Positions 18,833 to 27,600 of a stretch of DNA of 64,000 bases are shown here, piece by piece. Source of the stretch: an uncultured Alphaproteobacteria bacterium. GTDB lineage: Bacteria; Pseudomonadota; Alphaproteobacteria; Rs-D84. The notes under the pieces are model-generated. The model was not told the origin of the DNA, did not search any database, and was given only the letters and a program-made list of their open reading frames with translations. How positions within the stretch are numbered: the first letter of the stretch is position 1; each line of letters begins with the position of its first letter. The stretch is from positions 275 through 64,274 of the forward strand of contig CAXHMP010000002.1 in NCBI GenBank assembly GCA_964017835.1, read 5' to 3'. The position numbers and the translations under genes are program-made.

Positions 18833-19588
18833 ATGACAACCCAAATTATGACGCGCAGCGATGCGGCTAAATTGTTAGGGGTTGCGGAAAATGCCCGTCC
18901 CCAGCAGATTCAGGCCGCCTATAACCAGGAAATCGCCCGCTATAAATTAATTGACAGTCCCGCGCATCCCATCACCCGCCAGGACTATGTCCGTTTGGCG
19001 GTGGCCAAGGGGGTCTTGGACGCGCCGGCGGGGGCATTTGACCATGTTGGATTGCTGGCGGCGGGTGATTCACCGGCACAGCCCCATCGGCGTTCCAACC
19101 GGGTGGACGCGGTTGAATCGGTGGTTCATAATGCGCCGCGCGACGCGCACGAAGATGTGGCGGATACGGTTGCGGGACGCATTGATACAGTGAATCAGAC
19201 AACCCCCGCGGATGGCTTTGTTGGTGACCGTACGCCTGTATACAACACGCCATTGTTTAATCATCCGCGTGAAATTCCCGCGGTCACGGTGCCGCGTCAA
19301 TTGACCGCCGGGCAACAGGCGCGTTCCGATTTGGCCAGCGTCAGCATGTATGCCGTCAAAAAGTTGGATAACTTTGTGGCGTTTCTGTATGCCGTCGGCG
19401 GGGCCGGTTTGGTTGGGACACATGTCTATGATTTCATCAAGGATTTCGACATGCCCGACATCAATTTGTATTCGTATCCCGCGGCGTTGGGGTTAATCGT
19501 GTTGGCCCGGATTTTACAGGGCGCGGTTGCCGCCAAACAGCGCAGCTTTAATCAATTGATGGGGTCGCTGCACAGTTTTACACGTTAA
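18833..19588 (+). CDS. J-like domain membrane protein lacking HPD (251 aa)
   Basis: The N-terminus AAKLLGVAENARPQQIQAAYNQEIARYKL resembles J-domain helices I-II but has no HPD. C-terminal hydrophobic helices. Starts 4 nt after the upstream stop. Confidence 0.55.
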   Translation: MTTQIMTRSDAAKLLGVAENARPQQIQAAYNQEIARYKLIDSPAHPITRQDYVRLAVAKGVLDAPAGAFDHVGLLAAGDSPAQPHRRSNRVDAVESVVHNAPRDAHEDVADTVAGRIDTVNQTTPADGFVGDRTPVYNTPLFNHPREIPAVTVPRQLTAGQQARSDLASVSMYAVKKLDNFVAFLYAVGGAGLVGTHVYDFIKDFDMPDINLYSYPAALGLIVLARILQGAVAAKQRSFNQLMGSLHSFTR

Positions 19589-19598
19589 AGGCTGCAGC

Positions 19599-19640
19599 AA
19601 AAAAAACGGGGGCAAATCAATGCCCCCGTTTTTTTATTTT
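19599..19640. terminator. Bidirectional intrinsic terminator
   Basis: A-run, ACGGGGGCA-AATCAA-TGCCCCCGT, then T7ATTTT. Confidence 0.85.
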
Positions 19641-19647
19641 ATAACCG

Positions 19648-19887
19648 TTACGCAGCGGTTTTTATATCTGTGTCCGCATCGGCGTTGGGTGTCATTTGAA
19701 CGACCGGGGCCGCCGCCGGGGCGATTGCCTGAACCGGGCAGATTGCCGCGCATGTGCCGCATGATATGCATTTGGCCGGGTCAATCACTGCCTTGGAATC
19801 GTCGCCGATTGAAATCGCACAAACCGGGCATGCGCCAACGCACGTGTGGCATGCAATACATTTGGATGGGTCCACTTGGTAAGCCAT
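19648..19887 (-). CDS. 2x[4Fe-4S] ferredoxin (79 aa)
   Basis: Two CxxCxxCxxxCP motifs: CIACHTCVGACP and CISCGTCAAICP. Confidence 0.85.
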   Translation of the reverse strand: MAYQVDPSKCIACHTCVGACPVCAISIGDDSKAVIDPAKCISCGTCAAICPVQAIAPAAAPVVQMTPNADADTDIKTAA

Positions 19888-19917
19888 GATAATACTCCTT
19901 TTGGGCTTTTAGATAAT

Positions 19918-20691
19918 TTAATTGTTTCTGTTCAACAGGCTTAAAATATATTGGAACATTGCGATGAACGAAATGTACATATGCAACGCGCCCAACACGG
20001 CCAATTGATTTTTCTGGGTTTCATCGCCAATGGATGCATACGCCCGCTTTAACGTCTGCATGTCATATGCCGCAAACAGCGCAAAAATCAGAACGCCCGC
20101 CAGGCATACGAATGTCGAAAATCCTGCGCCCAGGGGCCAGATGAACGACGCCAATCCCACCAGGATTAATCCAATCATGCCGATAAATAAAAACGTTCCC
20201 AAAAACGACAGGTCGCGTACAGTCTTGTACCCGAACAGCGCCATGCATCCGAACATGACCGCGGCAATGATAAAGGCCATCAAAATGGATACCGGATTAA
20301 CCGCCAACGACGCCCAAATCAGCGGGGTCAGGCCAAATCCCATCAAAACTGCGTACAGGCCCAACAGCAAAATCGCCGTAGTGGGTTTTAATGAAAACGC
20401 GCGTACCTGGGCCCAGATGGACAACGCCAAACCGCCAAACAATATGACGTAGTACAGGGCCGAAAATCCCGTCCCCGATGCATTGATGAACCACATAATG
20501 CCGCCGCCGAAAATGGTCAGCCATGCCGTAATCGCGGTTAATCCCACGGCCCCGAACATGATTGCAAAAATCCGGCGCAGGTATGCCCCCATGCCATCAT
20601 GCTGGGCCGGTGCAGACGCCGCGCGTGTCGCGCGAACGGTTTTTTTGGCAGTTGTTTTTGTTGTTGCCATTGTTTGTTTCTCCTTGTTCAT
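19918..20691 (-). CDS. Bax inhibitor-1/YccA family membrane protein
   Basis: Seven hydrophobic helices, a FAAYDMQ motif near the C-terminus, and a polar N-terminal tail. Confidence 0.8.
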   Translation of the reverse strand: MNKEKQTMATTKTTAKKTVRATRAASAPAQHDGMGAYLRRIFAIMFGAVGLTAITAWLTIFGGGIMWFINASGTGFSALYYVILFGGLALSIWAQVRAFSLKPTTAILLLGLYAVLMGFGLTPLIWASLAVNPVSILMAFIIAAVMFGCMALFGYKTVRDLSFLGTFLFIGMIGLILVGLASFIWPLGAGFSTFVCLAGVLIFALFAAYDMQTLKRAYASIGDETQKNQLAVLGALHMYISFIAMFQYILSLLNRNN

Positions 20692-20752
20692 TTCACCAAT
20701 ATATAATATAATGAACGCATTATTTCAAGGATAAATAAGAAGGGGTGTTTTT

Positions 20753-21007
20753 ATGACTTATAAAATAGATTCGCGCGCAAAATCGAATAAATTGAAACAG
20801 AAGGGCCGAATTGTACCGGACGGATTTAGTAATAAACATTTTGCCAGTAAAAAAGTCGGTATGGAAGAATTGGCAAAAAAATTACAGGCCGCCAAGAAAA
20901 AGGTTGAAGAACTGCGCAATCAAAAATATCCCGACCAAGATAAAATTGAACGTGCCGAAGTGATTGTTGCGCGATTGCAAGAAACTCTGCGAAAAGAAGG
21001 CCGGTAA
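20753..21007 (+). CDS. Small basic coiled-coil hypothetical protein (84 aa)
   Basis: The ORF abuts lgt: the stop TAA is immediately followed by the lgt ATG. Family not recognised. Confidence 0.45.
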   Translation: MTYKIDSRAKSNKLKQKGRIVPDGFSNKHFASKKVGMEELAKKLQAAKKKVEELRNQKYPDQDKIERAEVIVARLQETLRKEGR

Positions 21008-21805
21008 ATGGCGATTGTGGTTCAGCCTTTTTCGCCGGTGGCGTTTGCGCTGGGGCCGATTGATGTGCGGTGGTATGCGCTGGCCTATATCGCGGCGTTT
21101 GTTGTGGGTTTTTGGTTGTTTCGGCGCCTGATGCGTGGGACAAATGGCCACAGTATTCTGGACAAAAAACAGATGGACGATTTGTTCACGGCCGTCATCC
21201 TGGGGGTTATTATCGGGGGACGATTGGGCTATGTGCTGTTTTATAATTTGTCTTTCTTTGTGGCGCATCCGCTGGAAATCTTTGCCATTTGGCATGGCGG
21301 GATGAGTTTTCATGGGGGACTGCTGGGGGTTGTCGCGGCGACATTTTTGTCGGCGCGGCGGGCGCGGGTTAACCCGTGGCGTGTTTTGGATATGATTGCG
21401 GTGGTGGCGCCAATTGGGTTGTTCTTTGGCCGCATTGCAAATTTTATCAATATGGAAATTATGGGTCGGCCCACCGATATGCCGTGGGGGGTTGTCTTTG
21501 CCGGGGACGCATCTGTGCCGCGCCACCCCAGTCCGTTGTACGAGGCCGCAACCGAAGGCCTGCTGTTGTTTGCATTGATGTATGGGTTGTGTCGGTGGAC
21601 GGGGGTGCGCAAATATCCAGGCGCCCTGTCGGGGGTGCTGGCGATGGGGTATGCGACGGCGCGTATTTTCTGTGAACAGTTTCGGGCGCCGGACGTCCAG
21701 ATTGGATTTTTGACCAGTTGGGGCCTGACCATGGGCCAGTTGTTATCGGGAATAATGTTTTTGGCGGGCGCAGTAATTTTTGCCATTGCGTTTCGTAAAA
21801 AATAG
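21008..21805 (+). CDS. lgt: Prolipoprotein diacylglyceryl transferase
   Basis: GRIANFINMEIMGRPTDMPWGVVF and HPSPLYEA motifs. Polytopic membrane protein of 265 aa. Confidence 0.92.
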   Translation: MAIVVQPFSPVAFALGPIDVRWYALAYIAAFVVGFWLFRRLMRGTNGHSILDKKQMDDLFTAVILGVIIGGRLGYVLFYNLSFFVAHPLEIFAIWHGGMSFHGGLLGVVAATFLSARRARVNPWRVLDMIAVVAPIGLFFGRIANFINMEIMGRPTDMPWGVVFAGDASVPRHPSPLYEAATEGLLLFALMYGLCRWTGVRKYPGALSGVLAMGYATARIFCEQFRAPDVQIGFLTSWGLTMGQLLSGIMFLAGAVIFAIAFRKK

Positions 21806-21834
21806 GATAGAATACGCGCAACGCCCCGCGGCGC

Positions 21835-21884
21835 GTGAACAAGTTTTGGATGGGTGGCAGAGTGGTTGATTGCACCGGTCTTGA
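21835..21884 (+). repeat. Duplicated 5' half of tRNA-Ser plus 13 nt of its upstream flank (49/50 identical to 21996-22045)
   Basis: GTGAACAAGTTTTGGATGGGTGGCAGAG(T/C)GGTTGATTGCACCGGTCTTGA occurs twice with a 161-bp period. The first copy stops within the anticodon (..CTTGA) and has no variable or T arm after it. Confidence 0.85.
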
Positions 21885-22008
21885 CTACGAAGTCCGCAAG
21901 AACAAGTGTCAACGCCGTTCGCGCGGTTACGAGTGGTAAGCAGCGTACCGTCAGGTACGTCAGCGAACAAAACCGTCGGTTTGAAAGACCGGTGGGTGAA
22001 CAAGTTTT

Positions 22009-22098
22009 GGATGGGTGGCAGAGCGGTTGATTGCACCGGTCTTGAAAACCGGCGAGGATGCAAGTCCTCCGGGGGTTCGAATCCCCCCCCATCCGCCA
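22009..22098 (+). tRNA. tRNA-Ser (anticodon UGA), CCA encoded
   Basis: Acceptor GGATGGG/CCCATCC. Anticodon arm CCGGT-CTTGAAA-ACCGG. Long variable arm GAGGATGCAAGTCCTC. T arm GGGGG-TTCGAAT-CCCCC. Discriminator G + CCA. Closely parallels E. coli tRNA-Ser(UGA). Confidence 0.92.
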
Positions 22099-22140
22099 GG
22101 AATCAATTATGTTTTGAATATAAAAACATACATCGTTCAA

Positions 22141-22168
22141 AGCCCCGGGAAATCGGGGCTTTTAATTT
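22141..22168 (+). terminator. Intrinsic terminator after tRNA-Ser
   Basis: AGCCCCG-GGAAAT-CGGGGCT followed by TTTTAATTT. Confidence 0.65.
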
Positions 22169-22265
22169 ATAACTCATCCACGGTATAGCGCAAAATTCCA
22201 AAAATCGGCAAATAAAAACCAGTTTCTATACAATGGCCTTTTTCGCCCTGGCAGTGGTTTGGGGA

Positions 22266-23864
22266 TTATATTTGATGCTGTGGCGCGATGGCAAAGATTT
22301 CTTCCATGCTGTACACCTCTTTGCCGGATAAAATATTGTTCACTTTCTCTGGGTGCATGTATGCCAGATTCAGATAGCGATACAGACTGCGCCACGATGT
22401 CTGTTCGGATTTTACAACGTACTCCAAATCGCCGTGCTTTTCATACGCCATGCGATAACGCCATGCAGTTGCAAACGCCCGCACAATCATATTGTGATTG
22501 TCGGTCCGCGTCATCAGGCCCGCGCGTCCTGCGCTGTACTTATTACTGCCCGTCCATTTATTCAGAACCACCGGTCGCGCCAGAATTAAATCATCGCCAT
22601 TACGCATAAAGTCTATTTTGTTATTTTGAGTGTTGATAAAATCAGGTCGTATAAACGGTCGCAGGCTATTCGCATCTGTATTGATGAAAAACGTTATTCG
22701 CCCTGGTGCATAAATTGCGCGCTGGATTAGTGTTTGAACCAGGCGCCGCCGCGCCATGTAATCCAGGCCACCATAATCAATTTGTTTTAATGTATGTGAC
22801 AAAGTATCGGGCAGGGTGCATAAATCCGAATTCAGGAATTCAACAATCGTATCGGTTGCCAATTTATCAACATCCTGCGCGGGTAAATATTCGCCCGCCC
22901 CGGCATAGTAATAAAGTGTCGGTCGCCGTGCACGCACGGTGCTTTGATTGGTAAACCGCGTGCCGTCCGCATTATATAACCGCCCGGATAATAAATTGGG
23001 CGATCCATTTGTTCGACCCGATTTGTGATTTGCATTGTTCTCTAATTCCGCCTGAACGGCATCAAATAATTCCTGGGTTATGATGGGGGCGTGTTCGCCG
23101 CGGGCAATTGTTCCGGTAACCTTACATTCAACATAGCCCAGATATATTTTACTGCGCAGCATTCTGTGTAACGCCATTTTCTTGATTGGATTCCCACCGA
23201 TAACGCGTCCGCCATGGGTGGTCCATTTCTTGGCATAAATCCCAATGGTCGGCAAATGCCGGGTCAAATCCTGAACCGATTTCATCTGCAGATATAATTC
23301 AAATATGGTTTGAATCTGTGCGGCCTCGGTCATGTTGATAACCAACTTTTTATCGATAATGTCGTACCCCAACGGCGGGCATCCGCCAATCCACATTCCT
23401 TTGGCTTTACTGGCACGCAGTTTGTCGCGCACGCGTTCGCTTGACACTTCACGTTCAAACTGGGCAAATGACAGCAGCATAGTCAGCGTTAATTTGCCCA
23501 TCGATGTACTGGTATCAAATGACTGGGTGATGGATACAAAGTTCGCATTATGTTTATCAAAATACCGCATCATATTATGGAAATCCAAGATTGACCGCGA
23601 CAATCTATCAACCTTGTACACGACAACGGTATTAACCAATCCACGCGCCATATCGTCTAGCATGTGTTTTAACGCCGGCCGTTCCATCGTGCCACCCGAT
23701 ATACCGCCATCGGCATAAGTCTTGTAATATTCCCAATCGTTAAAGGCTTGTGATGCGATGTATGCCCGACATGCCTGTTCTTGATTGTCCAGGCTGTTAA
23801 ACTCTTGTTCCAACCCGTGTTCGGTGGATTTACGAACATATACGGCGCATTTAATCTTTGGCAT
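22266..23864 (-). CDS. Large serine recombinase (532 aa)
   Basis: N-terminal resolvase domain AVYVRKSTEHGLEQEFNSLDNQ..VVVYKVDRLSRS (catalytic Ser in the RKST context). A recombinase domain and a long C-terminal extension typical of phage/ICE serine integrases. Confidence 0.9.
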   Translation of the reverse strand: MPKIKCAVYVRKSTEHGLEQEFNSLDNQEQACRAYIASQAFNDWEYYKTYADGGISGGTMERPALKHMLDDMARGLVNTVVVYKVDRLSRSILDFHNMMRYFDKHNANFVSITQSFDTSTSMGKLTLTMLLSFAQFEREVSSERVRDKLRASKAKGMWIGGCPPLGYDIIDKKLVINMTEAAQIQTIFELYLQMKSVQDLTRHLPTIGIYAKKWTTHGGRVIGGNPIKKMALHRMLRSKIYLGYVECKVTGTIARGEHAPIITQELFDAVQAELENNANHKSGRTNGSPNLLSGRLYNADGTRFTNQSTVRARRPTLYYYAGAGEYLPAQDVDKLATDTIVEFLNSDLCTLPDTLSHTLKQIDYGGLDYMARRRLVQTLIQRAIYAPGRITFFINTDANSLRPFIRPDFINTQNNKIDFMRNGDDLILARPVVLNKWTGSNKYSAGRAGLMTRTDNHNMIVRAFATAWRYRMAYEKHGDLEYVVKSEQTSWRSLYRYLNLAYMHPEKVNNILSGKEVYSMEEIFAIAPQHQI

Positions 23865-24297
23865 GATTCAACCTTTTGTTGGTTAGTCCAAAGAAGTCAT
23901 TTCCGGACACTTTGTGGCCGCATATTTCTTTGGCGATGGCGGACATGGTGCGGTACGTTTTGTTGTTGTATATGAATTCGTCCCGGTCGCCAACGGTCAC
24001 TTTGAATTCCAGTCCGCGGAATGTTTTGGTAATGGTGGTGCCCGGGTTCAGATGGTATTTGCTTTTATGTACGCGGCTCAGGCATTCATCAGGATTATTC
24101 ATATATTTGCGTAGCATTGTGATGTGTTTTGCGGCAATGGTGGCGTGCGCGCGTTCGCATTGGATATAGTACCATAATGCCCGCGCTTGGCGCCGATATG
24201 GATACGGACTATATCGCGCCCACAACAGGGCTTTTTGTTCAAAGTCCATCTTTTCCAGTTCGGATTTGCTTTCGGGCAACATAAAGAAGGCTTTCAT
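23851..24297 (-). CDS. DUF2924-like protein (148 aa), usual partner of large serine recombinases
   Basis: C-terminal block GTTITKTFRGLEFKVTVGDRDEFIYNNKTYRTMSAIAKEICGHKVSGNDFFGL. Overlaps the recombinase start by 14 nt. Confidence 0.7.
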   Translation of the reverse strand: MKAFFMLPESKSELEKMDFEQKALLWARYSPYPYRRQARALWYYIQCERAHATIAAKHITMLRKYMNNPDECLSRVHKSKYHLNPGTTITKTFRGLEFKVTVGDRDEFIYNNKTYRTMSAIAKEICGHKVSGNDFFGLTNKRLNHAKD

Positions 24298-24476
24298 TTA
24301 TTATCCTTTGATTTCACGTCGTTTCGCAGTTGTGCGGTGGCCTTGGTCAGAATAACTTGTAATGCCCGCACCAGGTACAAAACATCAGAATCCGGGATGT
24401 TCGCCGGCCGTCCCAATGGATTGCCCGACACCCCGGGCTTAAACCGCATTTTCTTTGGTGGATTTTTATAAGCCAT
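24294..24476 (-). CDS. Small DUF5681-like protein (60 aa)
   Basis: N-terminal motif FKPGVSGNPLGRP. 4-nt overlap with the DUF2924-like gene. A second N-terminal copy of the same motif lies at 34471-34560. Confidence 0.5.
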   Translation of the reverse strand: MAYKNPPKKMRFKPGVSGNPLGRPANIPDSDVLYLVRALQVILTKATAQLRNDVKSKDNK

Positions 24477-24518
24477 GTCATTTCACTCCTATGGTCGTGC
24501 AATGAATGCTTACAAACC

Positions 24519-24598
24519 GAGTCGAGTCAAGTGGAATAAACTAACATCTTGTGTTATTAGGAATTTATAGTATACTCAGTATCGAGTCTTACGGAGTC
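24519..24598 (+). promoter_or_regulatory. Cluster of four GAGTC (GANTC-class) motifs upstream of the helicase-nuclease gene
   Basis: GAGTC at 24519, 24524, 24584 and 24594, all in the same orientation, mostly as CGAGTC. The last is 5 nt before ATG 24603. A TATAGT -10-like hexamer lies at 24567-24572. Confidence 0.35.
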
Positions 24599-24602
24599 GA
24601 AT

Positions 24603-27600
24603 ATGGTTTCTTATATAAATAGTAAAGATGACAGAAAGAATACTGTTGTTTATTCGGGTTCTTCGGATAAAAAGTATTCAGAAATAAAATTTAACAAAAA
24701 GTTTCTTGAAGCTATTTATAAGAAATTGACAGGATTGGCAGGGCGTACGCCAATCCATCTTATGGCTGTCCCAGGCAGAATGAAAAATCGCCTTGATTTA
24801 TGTGATTTGTCCATTGCAAATGTTGAGCCTGATTTGGATTTGTTTTCCGGAAAGAATGCGCCTAAAACAGATGGGTATGCTAAGAGATTCTTGGAAACGT
24901 TATTAACAAAAGACAAATTTGATTTTAAATTTTCATGGGAAGATAAGAAAATTACTAGCATGGATTCGGAAGCAAAAGATGCCCTGACGATTGTTGGGAA
25001 ACGCTTAAATTCAATGCTTATTGATAACGAAGATGTATTCATTGATACCGGATTAAAAAACTTTGGTTTTGGATATCCTTTACTGGTACTACCAGATCCG
25101 AAGGACAAGGATAAGGCTGTAATAGCCCCGATTTTTATTTGGTCTTTGGATATTTGTCATTCAAATAGAAAAAATGAGTGGATTATATCGAAAACAGAAG
25201 ATAGTCCAATCAAGATGAACGAGATTTTGGTTTCGTACATTGAAAACACTATGAAATTAAAATTGCTTCGACTGGAAGCAGAAGATTTGGATGATGGAAT
25301 TTTGCAAGCAGATGAAATGCAAAAATATCTAAAAGATTTAGTAAAAAAGCTGAATATCCAACACGATGATTTAAATTTGAGACTTGAACCTGTTGGTACA
25401 AAAGAGCGTCTCGTAAAGTTGTGTTCTGAGAATGGTTTTATACAATGGTCAGGTGTTTTTGGCTTGTATAGGTCTCAAAAGGAAACAATTATAGAATCTG
25501 TTTTAGAGCTTGAAAATAATATAGACAATTTTAACGAACAGCAGTTGGAGTTAAAGCCATTTTCGACATCTTCAGAAGCTTCTTTTGAAACAGATCCTAG
25601 TCAGTCTGAAATAATACGAACGCTGAATGATAATGAATTTAAGATAATTCAAGGACCTCCCGGAACAGGAAAAAGTCAGGCGATTTCAGCGATAATTTCC
25701 AATGCTCTTGCGAACAAAGCAAAGACTTTGGTTGTGTGTGAAAAGAAAACAGCTTTGGAAGTTTTAAAACGTAATTTAGAAGAAAAGGGCTTAGATACAT
25801 TCTGTATAGTCGTTGATGACGTAAATAAGGATCGTAAAGCTGTTGTTAATAAGGCGAGAGGATTACAAGAATATAACCCGAATAAAGCTTTTAATGCGAC
25901 TGCATTTGAAAGGGATCAGCAGGAGTTTTTAACACTTAAAGCAAAAATTAATGAATGTTATAGTAATTCTAGTGAGAAGGTATTGGGGAATTATACCTGG
26001 ACAGATGTAATAGGGCTGTATTTAAAATATTCAAAATTGCCAACATTTGATAAGGTGAAGGAAGAATTAAAAGAGTTCGCTGAGTCTAAATTCGATTTTG
26101 ATATGCAAGAATTTGTAGAATTATGCAGTTTGGTAAAGGTTGGACACGAGCGTTACTCTATATGCAAGCACATAGACCCAAAAGCTTTTGAATTATTAGA
26201 TATTAATGCTCTAAAAGATGTTTCGATTTCATATAATATAGAAACACAGGATAATATTTCCTTGGTTCGTAAGCGCATTAACGATGTATCTGCATTTTTG
26301 AAAAACAATTATTGTGAGCTAGGTACGGCAACAATAAATACGACAGAAAAAGCATTAAATGATTATATAAAAGTTTTTGAGTCGTATGTGGAGCAAATTG
26401 AAAAAGCTAAAAACTTAGAAAATTTGAATGCTGATTATAAAACTAAAGTACATTTTTTCCAAACTGTTAACGATTTGGATATAGAGTTTTCTAAAACAGC
26501 AAATAGTCTTAATATCCCGTATGATAAATTGGATTTTGTTATTCCAGAAGTAGAAAAATCTATAAAAGATACGGAAAAATTATATAAAACAACAGAAGGA
26601 TTTGTAGCAGCTGCACAAAAACTTCATGGTATTGAAATAAATTTACAATCAGATAGTGCTTCTGTTAAAGAATTTGTTGGTATAATGAAAGAATTAAGTT
26701 GTTCAATAAATAACACAACAAAAAAACTTGCTGGCGATTACGTTCCTCTGAATTTTGATGATAAAATCGAAGAAAAATTGGAACATTTGTCCATCGTCAT
26801 GGCAAATACGCAATCAATAAAAGAAAATTTTAATTCTGGTAAGGAAGTCTTTGGCAAAGAATTTTCGGAATATAAATGTGGGCTATTTGCGCGCTTGTTG
26901 TCCAAAAAGGCTGCGGAAGCATTTCAATATTATAAAAATATAGAATTAAAATATAAAGAAATAGGAAAAACATTAAAAAGTTTTGCCAAATCATATAATA
27001 ATGCTATTGATTCCGAATGTGTCTTTAATGATGAAGTTGATACGCCTGGGGAAATGATTAAAATAGTGGAGAATGTTTCCGAAAAAGCAAGCACAATACA
27101 AAGCAGACTGTATGCTGAATTGGCCTCAATTCTGGTGGATATTGATAAGTGTGTAAGTGGTTTGCAAGAGGAAATCCGTGCAAGTAATGCCGAGACGAAT
27201 GAATTGATAAACAGTATTTGCGAAAAAATCTCAGTTTATCAGGAATCCTGTCGTGTTAATATTAAAACATTGAAAGTAATACTGCAATGTCAATCGCGTA
27301 TTGCGGATACGGATGAATTATTGCTGTCAAAGTTTCCAGGGCTTAAGAGCAAAGATCTAAAATATGATACCGTAGAACATTACATTGAACGGCTAAAATC
27401 TATACTTGAAAAAATAGATGTTCTTGAAAATCAACTTGAAGATTTAGAGCAGTATATGGCATGGATGGACGTCTTTAAGCCAAGTAAAAAGCTGTTTGAG
27501 GTTCTGATGTTGGAAGAAGATGATTATTTATGGGAAGATTTGTTTAAAGGGGCATATTACTACTATTTCTTGTTGAATTATGCGAACAAAAATAAGAAAC

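Noticed and set aside
20882-21526. 214-aa - strand ORF rich in P/R/H/Q overlapping lgt
   Set aside because: It is antisense to lgt, has a compositionally biased product and no start context. It is spurious.
21310-22140. 276-aa ORF on the - strand spanning the lgt 3' end, the tRNA half-copy and tRNA-Ser
   Set aside because: It is antisense to a well-supported lgt gene and runs through a tRNA gene. It has no recognisable motif. It is a typical spurious long antisense frame.
22177-22185. TCCACGGTA also present at 38106-38114, as a possible att core of the island
   Set aside because: There are only 9 identical bp and no extended similarity on either side. Finding one shared 9-mer between two ~170-bp search zones has roughly a 1-in-10 probability by chance. 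Serine integrases need only a 2-bp core. It is kept as a pointer, not as a feature.
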